64,000 nt of DNA from Lama glama (lineage: Eukaryota), in assembly GCA_028534125.1 (NCBI GenBank), contig CM052817.1, positions 2,978,001 to 3,042,000 of the forward strand, in the 5' to 3' direction. A model generated the notes under the pieces. That model had not been told where the DNA came from. It saw nothing but the letters and a program-made list of their open reading frames with translations, and did no database searches. Of this stretch, positions 24,365-36,289 are shown piece after piece. The position numbers were made by a program, and so were the translations under genes. Every line of letters begins with the position of its first letter. The stretch's first letter is position 1.

Positions 24365-24704
24365 TGGTAGGCAGTCTTTGAGGTGACCCCCAGTGATCCG
24401 TGACTCAAGAAAGTCAGCAGCAAGGGGCCCTGTGTAGGGTCCACATAGTAGGGGACTGAGGGAGGCCAACAGCCTGGAGGAACTGTGACCTGTGAGAAGC
24501 CATATGAGTGACATGAGCCATCACATCAGACTATAGCCCCAGCCAACAGTCTGGCTGCAACCTTGTGAGAGACTTCGAGCTGGGGGCATCCAGTCGAGCC
24601 TTGCTAGGTTGCTGGCCTACTGAAACTGTGAGATCACCAGGGTAAGTTGTTTTAAGCTGCTGGATTTGGAGGTGATTTGTTAAGTAGCAATACATGACTA
24701 ATGC
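24365..24704 (+). mobile_element. MaLR LTR (MLT1E/F-like), internally deleted
   Basis: aggtgacccccagtgatcc at the start; ends gttgttttaagctgctggatttggaggtgatttgttaagtagcaatacatgactaatgca. Confidence 0.7.
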
Positions 24705-25309
24705 AGCAGCCCTGTGGGCTTTCAGTGAACTTGCATCACATCCTAAACTGGGCCCAGATTTCCACAGGTGCTCAGTTGCCATAGGTGCTCTTTGTTCCCT
24801 CTGGGCTCCAGAATCTAGGAAGACGGCGTCACAGGTGTCATGGAAATATAGCTTATCTTGGGATATAAATAGCTTGCAATTAATTTTATTCCTCGAGAGG
24901 CTTGTCACTGGAAGAATCTGGAAGAGGTCTCCGGGCACTAACCCTGCCACGTAGTCCTTCAGAGTATCAAACTAAGTCAGGTGCGCCCACAAAGTGTGGT
25001 GGTCCAACGCTTGGATCAAAGAACCCTAAATTTCTCCCCATCAAACGAACACTCTCTTTACATCAGAAGGGCTGTGGTGGCAAAGAGAAATTGGGCTTAT
25101 TTTCTGAGTGTCCAAGAGGTCCCAAAATTTCAGTTTCACATAGGGAAAAACTTTCCTACTAATCAGAGTCGTGGAACTGTGCCCAGACTGGTTCAATGGG
25201 TCATGAGTTTCTTGTCAGTGGATGTAAGCCCAAGCAGGGTGACCACTGATGAGGAGGGAGAGTCAGGCTGAGTTTAGTAATTGAACAAACATTGGCTGAA
25301 TGTCTACAT

Positions 25310-26140
25310 GGTACAGCTAGGAATTCTGTAAGTAACAGAAAAATTGACTAACAGTGGCATACATCAGGAAGGGATTTGTTTTTCCTACCTAGTAAACATC
25401 TGGAGGTAGATGATTCCTGCTCTTGGTTCAATGGCTCGGGGGTAGAAGAATCAGAATCGCTCTGATTGTAAGATTGCTGATGCAGCTCCAGATATCACAT
25501 GTATGTTCAAGGTCACAGTCCCTTGAACTGCTGGGAAGAAGCAGTATAAGCTGTATTTATTGCTTTTCCCAGAGACAACAATCTTCCCTAGAAACCAGTG
25601 ATGTGCTGGTAAGTCTTCAATTACAGGCATTCTGGGGGATGGGAGGAAGGAAGGAAGTCCTGATTTGTAGCAATTACCAATTTCTATGGTATAAATTCTC
25701 CTACCACATCTGATTTCAAGCTACCAATGTGATATTTCTGGCTGCAGATATGGGAAGAGATGCCCATAGAACACCATTATATTAATTTCTATCATATAGT
25801 TATGATAGATTAAAATCCTTGATAGCTTAGATAATTGTAAACTGTAGTAAAGTAATTAGGAAGAAATGAATTTTGAGTATTTATTATCTTTGTTTTTAAT
25901 ATGACTTTTAATTGTACATTTACTTACTTTTTAAGTAATGACTGTGTTTAGCAAATGACTTGCAGAATTCCTGTACTGTGAGCAGTTGGCTCTTGTGGTC
26001 TGGTGCACACTGGCTCCAGGATATCACTGCTGGATATCTTTCCACCACCTTCCACTGCATCTCACTGGCTGAGACGATTAACACATGGCCACCCTGGGCT
26101 ATAAGGGAGGCTGGGAAATACACTGTTTGAGTTTCTCTAA
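25310..26140 (-). mobile_element. Old MaLR LTR (MLT1J/K-like) interrupted by a DNA transposon
   Basis: ctgtaagtaacagaaaaattgactaacagtggc at the left; resumes after 26029 with catctcactggc...acatggccaccctgggctataagggaggctgggaaat. Confidence 0.55.
25596..26029 (-). mobile_element. Non-autonomous hAT DNA transposon (MER63-like) with terminal inverted repeats
   Basis: Left end CAGTGATGTGCTGG; right end CCAGGATATCACTG (reverse complement CAGTGATATCCTGG, 12/14 match). Decayed 8-bp flanks ctagaaac / ctggatat. Confidence 0.7.
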
Positions 26141-26409
26141 TGGAATATGGCCAAGGAAAAGGGGACTGGGAAGGACAGTAGGGCCAGACAACTAGCTGAT
26201 GAATTGCTCTACCGTTGACCAGTTGCCCTAGAACAGAACTGTGCTGGCATTTGAAGCACAGCGATAAGAAAGACACATTCAACATCTGTTCTCATGGGGC
26301 TTCCATGCCAGTGGTAAGAGGGCCACTTTAAAGAAATGAGTAGAATTGTGATGAATGCCAGAGAGCTGTACACGGAGTTACGAATGTATGTACTGGGAAG
26401 GGGAGCTAG

Positions 26410-27765
26410 TATTCATTTTTTATTGTTTCATAACAAATAACCACAAACTTAGGAGCTTTATGTAACACACATCTTTATAAAATGCTTTTATTTCTTTTTT
26501 TTAAAAATTGAAGTACAGTTGATTTACAATGTTGTGTTACTTTCTGGTGTACAGCAAAGTGACTCAGCTATACATATATATTCTTTATCATTATAGATTA
26601 TTACAAGATATTGAATATAGTTCCCTGTGCTAAACACTAAGGCTTTGTTGTTTTTCTGTTTTATATATAGTAGTTAGTATTTGCAAATCCAAGACTCCTA
26701 ATTTATCCCTCCCCCTCCCCTTTCCCTCTTGGTAACTGTAATTTGTTTTCTATGTCTGTGAATCTGTTTCTGTTTTATAAGTAAGTACATTTGTGCCATT
26801 TTTAAAGATTCCATATGTAAGTGATATCATATGGTGTCTGTCTTTCTCTGTCTGACTTACTTCACTGAATATGATAATCTCTAGGTCCATAGGTTCATCC
26901 ATGTTGCTGCAAATGGCATTATTTCAATCATTTTTGTGGCTGAGTAGTATTCCATTGTGTGTATATGTGTGCACGTATATATACACCACCACTTCTTTAT
27001 CCATTCATCTGTCAATGGACATTTGGACATTTAGTTTGCTTTCATGTCTTGGCTATTGTGAATAGTGCTGCTATGAACATTGGGGTGCAGGTATCTTTTC
27101 GAATTAGAGTTTCCTCCAGGAAAATGCCCAGGAGTGAGATTGCTGGATCACAGGGTAACTCTATTTTTAGTTTTTTAAGGAACCTCCATACTGTTCTTCA
27201 TAGTGGTGGCAACAATTTGCCTTCCCACCAGCAGTGTAAGAGGGTTCCTTTTTCTTCACACCCTTGCCAGCATTTCTCATTTATAACACACATTTCTTAA
27301 CTCAGTTTCTGGGTCCTCTGCTCTGGGCTCACCAGGCTCCAGCTAACATTTCTGTCAGGTTGCATTCTCACCTGGAGACTTGGCTAAGGAAGGGTCCCCA
27401 CCAAGGCCTTCAAGTGGATGCCAGAATTCATTTCTGTGGTCCTGCCTGACTGAGGTTCCAGGTTTTTGCTGACTGTTGCCTGGAGGCCGTCGTCAGGTCC
27501 TACAGACCATCTGCAGGGGGGCTTCTCCAAAGGTGCCCTCACAGCACAGCAGGTGACTTCTCCAAAGCCTGTAAGTAGAACCTCTCTCTGTAGTCCAAGA
27601 TGCGTGCTTATGTAATGGGATGTGACCAGGGACGTGACACCCCATCACTTCAGCCACACCACTTTGGCCAGAAGCTGTCACCGGTTCTGCCTGCACTCAA
27701 GATGGGGAGATCGTACAAGGGCATGACTCCCTGGGGGTCACCTTAGGGTGTGTCTGCCACGGTTG
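26410..27765 (-). mobile_element. MaLR LTR (MLT1-type) split by a younger L1 insertion
   Basis: ataacaaataaccacaaacttag at 26430; continues after the L1 with acacatttcttaactcagtttctg...aagtggatgccagaattcatttc. Confidence 0.6.
26490..27283 (-). mobile_element. 5'-truncated LINE-1 (3'UTR plus end of ORF2), well preserved
   Basis: Poly-T then aattgaagtacagttgatttacaatgttgtgtt...ttttaaggaacctccatactgtt...cccaccagcagtgtaagagggttcc; bracketed by direct repeat taacacacat (26463-26472, 27284-27293). Confidence 0.88.
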
Positions 27766-28065
27766 TGCTTGGTGTGGTGGTGGCTACAAAGCCTTCCTGG
27801 GGAAAGTGATATTGAGGGTGAGACTTGAGGGGTCAGCGGGAGTTGGCTAGGTCCAGGGAGAAAAGTGTGTCGGGCAGAGGCGGCATGAGTGAAGAGGTCT
27901 GAGGATGGAGCGCCGTCCTTCGCAGTATCTGCTCCTGCTACCTGAGACTCTGTGTTCCTGACTCCTGAGTACATCTCCAAACACGGGGGCCTGGCTGAAA
28001 GGCATAGAGAATCTTCTCACATCCATGGAGGAATCTGGCAAATCAGATTGGAAGTTGGGTTTTCA

Positions 28066-28085
28066 GTGTGTGTGTGTGTGTGTGT
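28066..28085. repeat. (GT)10 microsatellite
   Basis: gtgtgtgtgtgtgtgtgtgt read directly. Confidence 0.9.
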
Positions 28086-28129
28086 AGGGAGAGGGGGATG
28101 GGGTCTGCCTCAGTCACAGTCAAGACCTT

Positions 28130-28800
28130 ATCCATGCATCCATCCCCTCTACCAGCATTCCTGAGTGCCTTCAGGGTGCCAGGCCCTGCGCTGCTGTAGA
28201 AATGAGTCACTCAGACCCCTGCCTTGTCCTAGCAAGGTCACACTTTGCTTGGAGGTGGTGGGGAACCACTGAGATGGAAAACTCCAGCTGGTGTTCTAAT
28301 GGAGGTGGCCCAAGTGCGTGGGAGTGCCGGGAAGGAAGGCCTCAGGAGGTGAGGGAAAGAAAGCACTCCAGGATGATTTCAGGTTTCAGTGTGAGCCACT
28401 GTGCAGGTGGAGAAGCCATTTACTGAGAAAGAAGAATGTGGAGGAGCAGGTGGGGGGTGTTGACTAAAGCACTTTTTTTTTGATGGTGAGAAGTTTGAGA
28501 TGCTTCCAGCTGGGGAACCAGGGGAGGTCAGGGCTGGCGATACAGAGCTGGCAGTATCCAGGGTCTGTAGATGGTTTAAAATCTGGGAGAACGTGAGATT
28601 TCCCAGTAAGAGGGTCCATGTCCGAGCCATGGACATTCTGGCAATGAAAGGTTGGGTAGAGAAGGGGGTGGATCCTTGGGACACCTGGAGGAGTCACTAG
28701 GGGTGTAAAGGAAAACCCAGAATGCGGGACCACATGATGTGGAAAGATCACTGACAGTGATGACAGAGGTTTTATGGATGACTGGTACTTGGGTACATGT
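28130..28800 (-). mobile_element. Degenerate LINE-2 fragments
   Basis: attcctgagtgccttcagggtgccaggccctg...; ggatgatttcaggtttcagt...; aagtttgagatgcttccag, all L2-like. Confidence 0.5.
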
Positions 28801-29239
28801 AGGGCATTTCAGCTGGGAAAGAGCATAGCCTAAGTAGGAAAGGGAAACAGTTCTGCCACGTGCTCCTTTATCATGGGTTAAAGTAGCCCCTAGAAATCTC
28901 TGCTCCTGCCTGACGGAGCTCCTTGAGGGAGGGCCAAGTTGCCTCTACTCCACTCCGACCGCACATCTTACCCGCTGTGAAAATGTTTGTTGAACGAATA
29001 AAAGATGAACGAGTGAATGGGATTATGTGACTTGGGGGGAGCAGGTGATCTCGCCCTTGGGGCCTCAGTTTCCCTTTCTGTAAAGCAGGCCAACCCGATA
29101 AACTTGAGTTCTGGATGCGGGATGAACACGGCTTGTTCAGCGGATTCCAACCGGACGTTACTCGTAGCCTTCCCGGGTCGGACCGGGTTGGGCTGTGGAT
29201 CCCGTCGCTTTCGGTCAGGCCCTGTGGGGATCCCCACGG

Positions 29240-29366
29240 CCCCGCCCCGGTGCGGCCCCGCCCCACCTCCCTTTGTTTCTTCAGGCCACGCCCCCTCTGC
29301 GCAGCTCACTCCCCATTGGTCAGGGGGCGGGACGGAGCGGTGCGGGCGGGGCGAGTGCGCCTGCGC
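29240..29366 (+). promoter_or_regulatory. TATA-less proximal promoter with Sp/KLF GC boxes, inverted CCAAT box and NRF1-like site
   Basis: CCCCGCCCC at 29240-29248 and 29256-29264, CCACGCCC 29286-29293, ATTGG 29315-29319, GGGGCGGG 29324-29331, GGGCGGGGC 29344-29352, TGCGCCTGCGC 29356-29366. Confidence 0.75.
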
Positions 29367-29369
29367 GGT

Positions 29370-29577
29370 GTCGGAGCCCAGCCGCAGCCTCTCGCCGGTC
29401 ACTGCTCCGCGCGGAGCCGGATCCCGAGCCCGAGCCTGAGCTGGAGACGGTCTGAGGCGGCCCCGCCCCGGGGCTCCATTGTTGCCGCGGCCGCGGCTCT
29501 GCCGGCTGCTCCGCTCCGCTTCGCTCGGTCAGGGCATCTCCGGCAAGGAGCGATCGCTGCCGAGGCGGCGGCCTGAG
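29370..29577 (+). other. AFAP1: Non-coding first exon (5'UTR), probably AFAP1; start approximate
   Basis: Lies just 3' of the promoter motifs, contains no ATG on the + strand, and ends at a strong donor GAG|gtgagg (GT at 29578). No AFAP1 coding exon was recognised later in the window, consistent with a long intron 1. Confidence 0.65.
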
Positions 29578-29604
29578 GTGAGGCGGCGAGCGGCGGGGCC
29601 GGGC

Positions 29605-29965
29605 CGGGAGGGGATCCCCCAGCAGACAGAGGTTCCGGGGCTGGGTGAGGGTCCCGCAGCCGGGCGGAGGTCCCGGGGTCGGATGGGGTCCCAGGCGACA
29701 GGGGTCCCGGGCCAGGCTGTGGTCCTCGGGACGGCAGGTTTCCCAGAGCCGGGCGGCATTCAGGGCCGGACAGGGGTCTCGAGTCCGGCAGGGGTCCCAT
29801 GACTGGGCCAGGATCCAGGCGGCAGGGGTCCCGGGCCGGACGGGGCCCCCGAGAGGGCAGGGATCCGGGAGCCGGGCGAGGATCCCGGCCGGGCGGAGGT
29901 CCCCTGGCTTGGCGGGGGTCCCAGGCGGCAGTGGTCCCGGGCCCAGCCGGGGTCCCCGCCGGGTG
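29605..29965 (+). repeat. Degenerate GC-rich minisatellite-like array, ~15-20 bp units with core GG(G/A)TCCC
   Basis: Recurrent units such as cagggg tcccgggccagg, gcagggg tcccgggccgg, gggcggaggtccc and ggggtcccaggcg; roughly twenty degenerate copies by eye. Confidence 0.6.
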
Positions 29966-32900
29966 TGGCAGGTCCGAGCTAGGTGCCGCGGGGTCGCTGC
30001 CCGAGGTGGCGGCCGCCGCCCTGAGCGCCAGTGGGACGAGGGGACACGGACTGGGTACTGGCCGGGCCGTCGCGCGCCCGGGCGCCCGGGCATTGTCTCG
30101 GCCTCCGGGTGGCACTTGGGGGGCTGCGCGCCTGCTGCGCCTCTGCGTGGATCCGCGCGTGAATCCCCGCACAGGGGTCCTAGACACCCCGAGGGTGGGG
30201 GGCACTGTCTCAGTCCCCGCCCACTCCGTGGAGTGGCTGGTTCACTGTGTGTTACGGAAGGTAGCTCTGCGTGGGCCCTCGCACGTGGGGATCCCGGACA
30301 TCCCGGAGACCTTCTCTGTTCCCCCGTCTTTCCCCTTTGATGTGACTGTTCGCTGTGTCTAATAGAGGGTGACTGCGTGGACCCTTGATCTTAAGGATCT
30401 TGGTCACCCTGGAAGTGGGGGGCTCCTTTTCGCCCCCACCCCCATGACTGGTTCACTGAGAGTTTGTGTGTCATCGAACGTGGCTCAGCTTGGAGCGCCG
30501 TGCCCTGGACACCCTGAGAGTTGGGGGGCTCTGCCCTGTCCCCTCCCCCCGCGGCTTATCGGGGTGTGATCAGCCTCTGATCAGTCCTGGAGGTAGGCTC
30601 CCTACATTTCCACCCCCCGTCTGTGTGTGTGTGTTGCGGGTTCCTTGTCCTGAGGGGCGTCCATGTACGGGTCTTGGCGCCCGTCGGGGTGTGGCGGGCT
30701 GTGCGTGGGGGCGTAGTTGGCCTGCGTTGGACCGCTGATCCGCTCTTTCATTTATTTTATTTGCCATATGAGCAGAAGAGGCTGCACTTCCCCGGGAACC
30801 TGCCCCTCTTCCCGGCCTGGTCCCCGGGGAGCGCGGGGCTGTCACCGCGTCTGGGGACCGAGGGTCGGGCCGTGGCGTTTCCTGCTCCCGGCGCTAGGCT
30901 TGGCCGGCAGGAGCCGGCTCTGATTGGAGGGAGCCTGGCCCCTCTGCCCAGCGCTTCTTGATTTCTTCCGTTAGGACTGGGAAGAAAAAAAAGTCTGGAA
31001 AGCCAGATTTAACTTTGTAGCTCTCAGCGCCTGGAGAGTGGAAGAAACTTTCCCAAGAATTTGGCGGGCTGGAAAGTGCGTTTGAAGGAGGGGAATCCAC
31101 ACCCACGGAATGAGGCCAAGGCTGTTACAGTTAGAGGTCAGGTTTACGGAAGGGATAGCCAGGGCGAGGTTGAGGATGGGGAAACTTGGATTTCAGCCTG
31201 ATGGCAAAATCTAATGCTACCCTGTGGGCTCTGTAGCCTACAACTGTTTAAATACAGTGGGATTATTCACTTATCCTTTCATCAAACTCATAAAACGCAT
31301 CTCTATTATATTCCAGGGATGCCTCTTTTCCCTGGAGAATGCAAAGTCTAACAAAGTCAGTCTTTCCCTTTTAAGAATGTTTTGGTCCAAGACAGACAAC
31401 TGAGCTATAGGCACAAGTAGCTCTGGTACCCAGATTGAAATTTTTTGTGGACAAGACTGGGTATGAATAACAAAAATACCAGATGGAAACGTGGTAACGT
31501 CTGCAGCTGTTGCTGCTATAAAGTCCACGCTTAGGACGCAGGCCCTTCACTCTGCCTTCTCTGCCCTCACGTCCACTTCCAGTCCTTCCAGCTTCGTTCA
31601 CTTATCCTTACAGTTTAAGTTTATGTGGCACCTTCACCCTGAAGCCTTCCCTGAAGTCCTTTCGCCCTCCGCTCTGAAAACTGGGGTCTTCAAGGCCAGA
31701 GTGGCTGGCTTTAGTGCTGCGTGGTAGATGCCCTGCTAGAGGTGGGCACGGTTTGTTCCCAGAGCTGGAAGAGGTGTATCTAAATGAGGGGTCCTTTTCT
31801 CTACCAGGGATTCAGGTCTTTCATGGGATTTACAATCTGCAATTCTTCATCTCCTCTGAGGGTTTTTAGATTAAAATTCGCTATTACTTCCTCGTGTTTG
31901 TTGCATGGTGTAGAGTACTTGATTAAAATTTATTTGATCTAATTCTGGCTCTGGAATTAAGTTGCTCTTTGTTCTTGAAAAACCACTGGGCTTCAGTTTT
32001 CTCACCTTTGAGGGTTTTAAACTAGGAAAGAAACTTGTCAGCCCTAAACCTTTAATTCTTTCAACCAAATATAGCAGAGTAAAGTTCTCTTATGGCAGTG
32101 GTATAAATAATGGAGATCTTTGAAAATGTCGATTCTAAAGTGGAAGTTCTTTTTCTTTTTTTTTCTTTTCAAAAAGTGTAGTTGCATGGGTATATACTTT
32201 GCTCAGAGTTAAGGACCACTGTCTAGGATGGAAGCTTAGGCAGCTTTTTGATATTGTCTTCTGTATTCTTCATAATTACTTTACATGCAACATCTGCACC
32301 CTATCAAATTGGTTTGATAGTTTCCTTAATGAAGTTGTTGGGTGCAGAACTCTTGTCAGGAGCGTTTTGCTGATCTTTTGAGTATCATATGAAATCAGCC
32401 AACTGCGGGCTTTTGTATGCCTCACTCTCTATCAGAGATTTTCACTTGGAGAATCTGAAATAAGTGAATTTGGCAAGTGCCTTGAGTAGATGTACATGGC
32501 TTTGTATAATAGTTTAAAGCATAGTTTAAAATTATGACTTGCAGAGACACTGCTTTGGGAAAGCATGTGTCCTCCTTACTTGCTGCAAGTAATAAATCCT
32601 TCCTTCTCTGGGGGGAAAAAATAAAATAAATTTAAATTATTACTTGCAAAAAATTGCATCATATGTTAAATGACCTACAAGGAAGCTCCAATTCTAAGGA
32701 ATTAGTAATTCATCCTTAAAAATATTAAAAGCTCCCTTCCAATCTATCTGTTTGGCAGGATGGGAATTTGGTGTGCTTGGTGTTTTTTTTTTTAAACATG
32801 TCTGTAGAGAGGATACACAGTTTTCTCTGCTATTCTTTGGATGATTACAGAGATTAAAAATAGATGAAAGCTGTTTGGTCAAGTAGTGATGCCACCGAAT

Positions 32901-34894
32901 TACAATTTTCACATTAAATTGGGTTTTTGTCTTTATTTTGATTTGCAGTCTTTAATTAATTTTAAAAAATGCTTTGTTGCATACTCCATGTATTTTTTGT
33001 TTGTTTGTTTGTTTTTGTTAGGGATCTTATTTAAGGGGAGGAGTCTTCAAAAACTCAAATGGATTTTTTTCGCGGTTTTCTTAGATTGTCTTAATGTTTT
33101 CACTGAAAACTAGTTAACGCTTGTTCTGCAAGCTGGAGAGCTCCTGGGGATGGGGAGGGGATGGCGAGGGCGGGGTATGAGTTCTACATTTGCGTGTTGT
33201 CCCTCTTGTTCTTACTAAAGGGTGAGGGGGAAGCAGCTCTTCCCTGGGGGCCTGAGCAGGGAGCTGAATTCACCCTGCCTCAAAGAATTCATGGTGTGTC
33301 CCCTTCTTTTTAAATTATGAAAGTCTATGAATCATTTTGTTTAAGCATTATTTGCCTGGAACTGGAAGTTCAGAGATAAATTTTTCTTAGACTATAAATC
33401 TAAGTCTTTGGTGTTAACCCCCTCCCCAAACTGTCCCACATCACCTACCAAAAGGTTTTTTCTTCCTTCTTTTCCATTTTAAAGATCTTATCACATACGT
33501 GTCTATTATTGCAGGCTACATCAAAACCGTGTTGGGTGTTGACAGGATGTAATATGAATAATATATTAAAGATAACTTACTCCGGTTTTTTGCACAGGAA
33601 ACTTGGATTAGAAACTTGGCCCTGGTGAGGCTTTTGTCAAGTCCAAGTACTGTGCTGAACTTCAGTTTCCTCATTTGTAAAATGGAGTTAATTGTTGGTA
33701 GTGCCTACGCTGCCTGGGTCAAGAGATTGTTTTGAGGATAAAATGAAATCATGAATGTAACGGAATTTTGTAAGTTGTAAAATATGTTGCCAAGGATTTA
33801 AAAAAATGCTTCATTGAGAATGGAATGAATCTGGGTTTTTAAAAATTCTGTCTATCTATTGTATATACAGATAATCCTTCAAGTGTGTTAGGCAGCTTCA
33901 TTTAAGATTGTTTTCTATCTTTAACTGGCCAGTGTTTGATATTTTAGCATTTTGGGGAACATCAAATTCAAGTTTCAGTTCCCTTAATCTTTTGTAAATA
34001 AATAGGACTATTGAATGTGCTTAATGTATCTTTGACAGTCTCTTTAATATGTAGATTCCTGTGACCCTTCCTTTAGTGAAACACAGTCTCTGGACATTTC
34101 AGTCCCTAAGTGACTGCTCTGGAGGCGGGGGAAGGCGGTAGCGGTGGGAGGTCAGGATCTGCAAAGCTCCGGTCTGCTCACAGGTGAGGTGCCAGCCCGC
34201 GGCCGCGGAGTAAGCAGCAGGTGTCATTGGGGCCTTCTCTCCCCGAGCCACCTGGGAAACTGCAGTGTCTCCCAACCGCCAGGCAGGTCGGCTTTTCTCT
34301 TTCTCTCCTTCTTGCCTTTTCTTCCTCTCCACCAACTACTGAGTGAGCACCTCTGCTCTCCCAGGCATTGGTGGGGGAGGAATGAATACAAAGGCTAACA
34401 AAATGCAGGCACTGGTCCACAAAGAGTTTATACTTTGTACCCAGATAGTAAGTCACACTGTCATACAGTGTGGCAGACACTCACATAGCTTACCTGGGAT
34501 GTGTCTGTCTCCTTGGAGAAGAGCCGGGGGTTCACAGCGCAGGAGAGGCAGCCGCACGAGGTGCTGCCGTTGGTACGTAGGAGAGTTTGGGAGCCAGGTT
34601 GGTGCACATGAGCCAGCATTTATTCTCCCACATGGTACTTAGAGTTTATCAGGCCAGACAGGTATTGAAAGGTTTATGAGTTAGAGGAAAGGGCAGTGAA
34701 TTACCTGAGGCCTAGAGTTTGTAGATATTCTGAGTAATTTATAATTTCCCCAGATCTCCCCAGATCGATCAGAACAAGTCTGTAATCTGTTGTGTTGGAT
34801 GGAGTTTGGCCGTCTCTGTCTTTTGATTTAAGGATGTCAGCCGACTTGTGGAATGTGCGGCAAAGCGACGGACACCGTGGTATTTTCGCAGGTG

Positions 34895-35450
34895 TCTCTG
34901 TAGAAGTTTCCTACGGCTGCAGTAACAAATTGCCACAAACTGAGTGGCTTAAACCAGCGCACATTTATTATCTTACAGTTCTGTAGGTTAGAAGTCTGAC
35001 TCAGGGCTCATTGGGCAGAAAACAAGGCGTCTGCTCCTTACTGGAGAATCTGGGGGAGAACTGCTCTCAAGTTCGTGTAGATGGTCCACTGAATGCAGTC
35101 GCTGGTAGTTGTCGGGCTGAGGCCCCTGTTTCCTTGCTGGCTGTCAGCTTTGGACCCGGCTCTGGGAGGCGTCTTTCTGGTCCCAGAATCAGCAAGGACC
35201 GTCAAGTCCCGCTCCAGCTCTCTGGCTGTCTCTTCTGCCCTATCTCTCTTCTACCTGGAGGAAGTTCTCTGCTTGTAAGCGCTCATGCGGTTAGGTTGGG
35301 CCCATCTAGCTACCCAGGATAACCCTCTGGTCCAAGCCCCCTGTCTGCGGCCTGTAGCAGTTCCTTTTGTTGGGTAATGTGACGCAGTCCCAGCACACGG
35401 ACAGGGTCAGCACACGGACGTCTTTGGGAGCCGTTACTCCGCCTCCCTCA
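34895..35450 (-). mobile_element. MaLR LTR (MLT1D-like)
   Basis: tttcctacggctgcagtaacaaattgccacaaactgagtggcttaaaccagcgcacatttattatcttacagttctgtaggttagaagtctgac. Confidence 0.8.
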
Positions 35451-36289
35451 GTTACCCAGTCCATTTGTAACAACACCCGCTGACGTTGTTATTGCTACCC
35501 TCAGCTCACAAATAAATAAAAGGCACCGAAATTTTAAGCAAATTGGCGGGGCCATTAAGATCCCTGTTAAATGACAAGACGGGTCTTCTGACTGGCTGTT
35601 GAGCTGATGGTGAGGTTTATAGGCAGCGGGGACAGGTCAGGCAGAAGCAGCGTGAATTTTGTGTTTTGGAGTATTTAAATGGGCCACTCTGATTATAAAA
35701 GTTTTGACAAGAAGTCATTAGAGTAATTCCCCTATTAGAAAAAACGCCCACGTGAGGGATTTGGGACGTGAAAGGCTCTCTGCTCACGGGGTGAAGAGTG
35801 CGTAAGGCCATGTCCGGTTCTTGAATGGAAACAGCTGAGTCAACCCAACGGGGATTCACATTCCAGAGTTTTAGAGAATCTGTTTCAAGGCTGAAGCAAA
35901 GCCCAGTAAACAAGATTAGTACCTTTGCTGACAGAAATGAGATGTACCTTGCGGTCAAGAAAAAACAGGTGATGGTCACCCAGCACTTAAGACCAGGCAT
36001 GACCTCATTCGGTCATATAGGTGTTTTTACTAGTCTTTCAACCAGGGTTTTGTGTCCTTCTGCAAGAAAGCAGAACCTGTAACCCTAAGACTTGTTAACC
36101 TGGCCTTCAGGAATTTACCAACTGCCTGACATCCTGTGCAAAAATGTTGAGTGTCTGTGCCAGTGTGTGTGTTTATAAGGGAGACGATTTATAGCTTTCC
36201 CTTCTTTTTCAAAGGGATTGGTTTCCAAAAAAACTTTGGAACACACTGCTTAAGATGATATCCTTGCTGGTCAAGTATCAGATTTTGTT

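Larger units (their letters stand above)
29100..30950. promoter_or_regulatory. AFAP1: CpG island spanning a promoter, first exon and start of intron 1 (probably AFAP1)
   Basis: Very high CpG and GC density compared with both flanks. Gene identity is inferred from recalled mammalian synteny (AFAP1 lies directly downstream of ABLIM2 on the same strand); no coding sequence is present to confirm it. Confidence 0.8.

Noticed and set aside
26871..27300. Short ORFs with L1-like peptide
   Set aside because: Antisense translations of an L1 fragment; not a gene.
29017..30362. Long overlapping ORFs (140-268 aa) on both strands
   Set aside because: Low-complexity Pro/Gly/Arg/Ala translations caused by stop-codon scarcity in a CpG island and GC-rich repeat; no domain recognised.
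35390..35420. Short direct duplication cagcacacggac x2
   Set aside because: Local slippage inside an MLT1 element; no sign of function.
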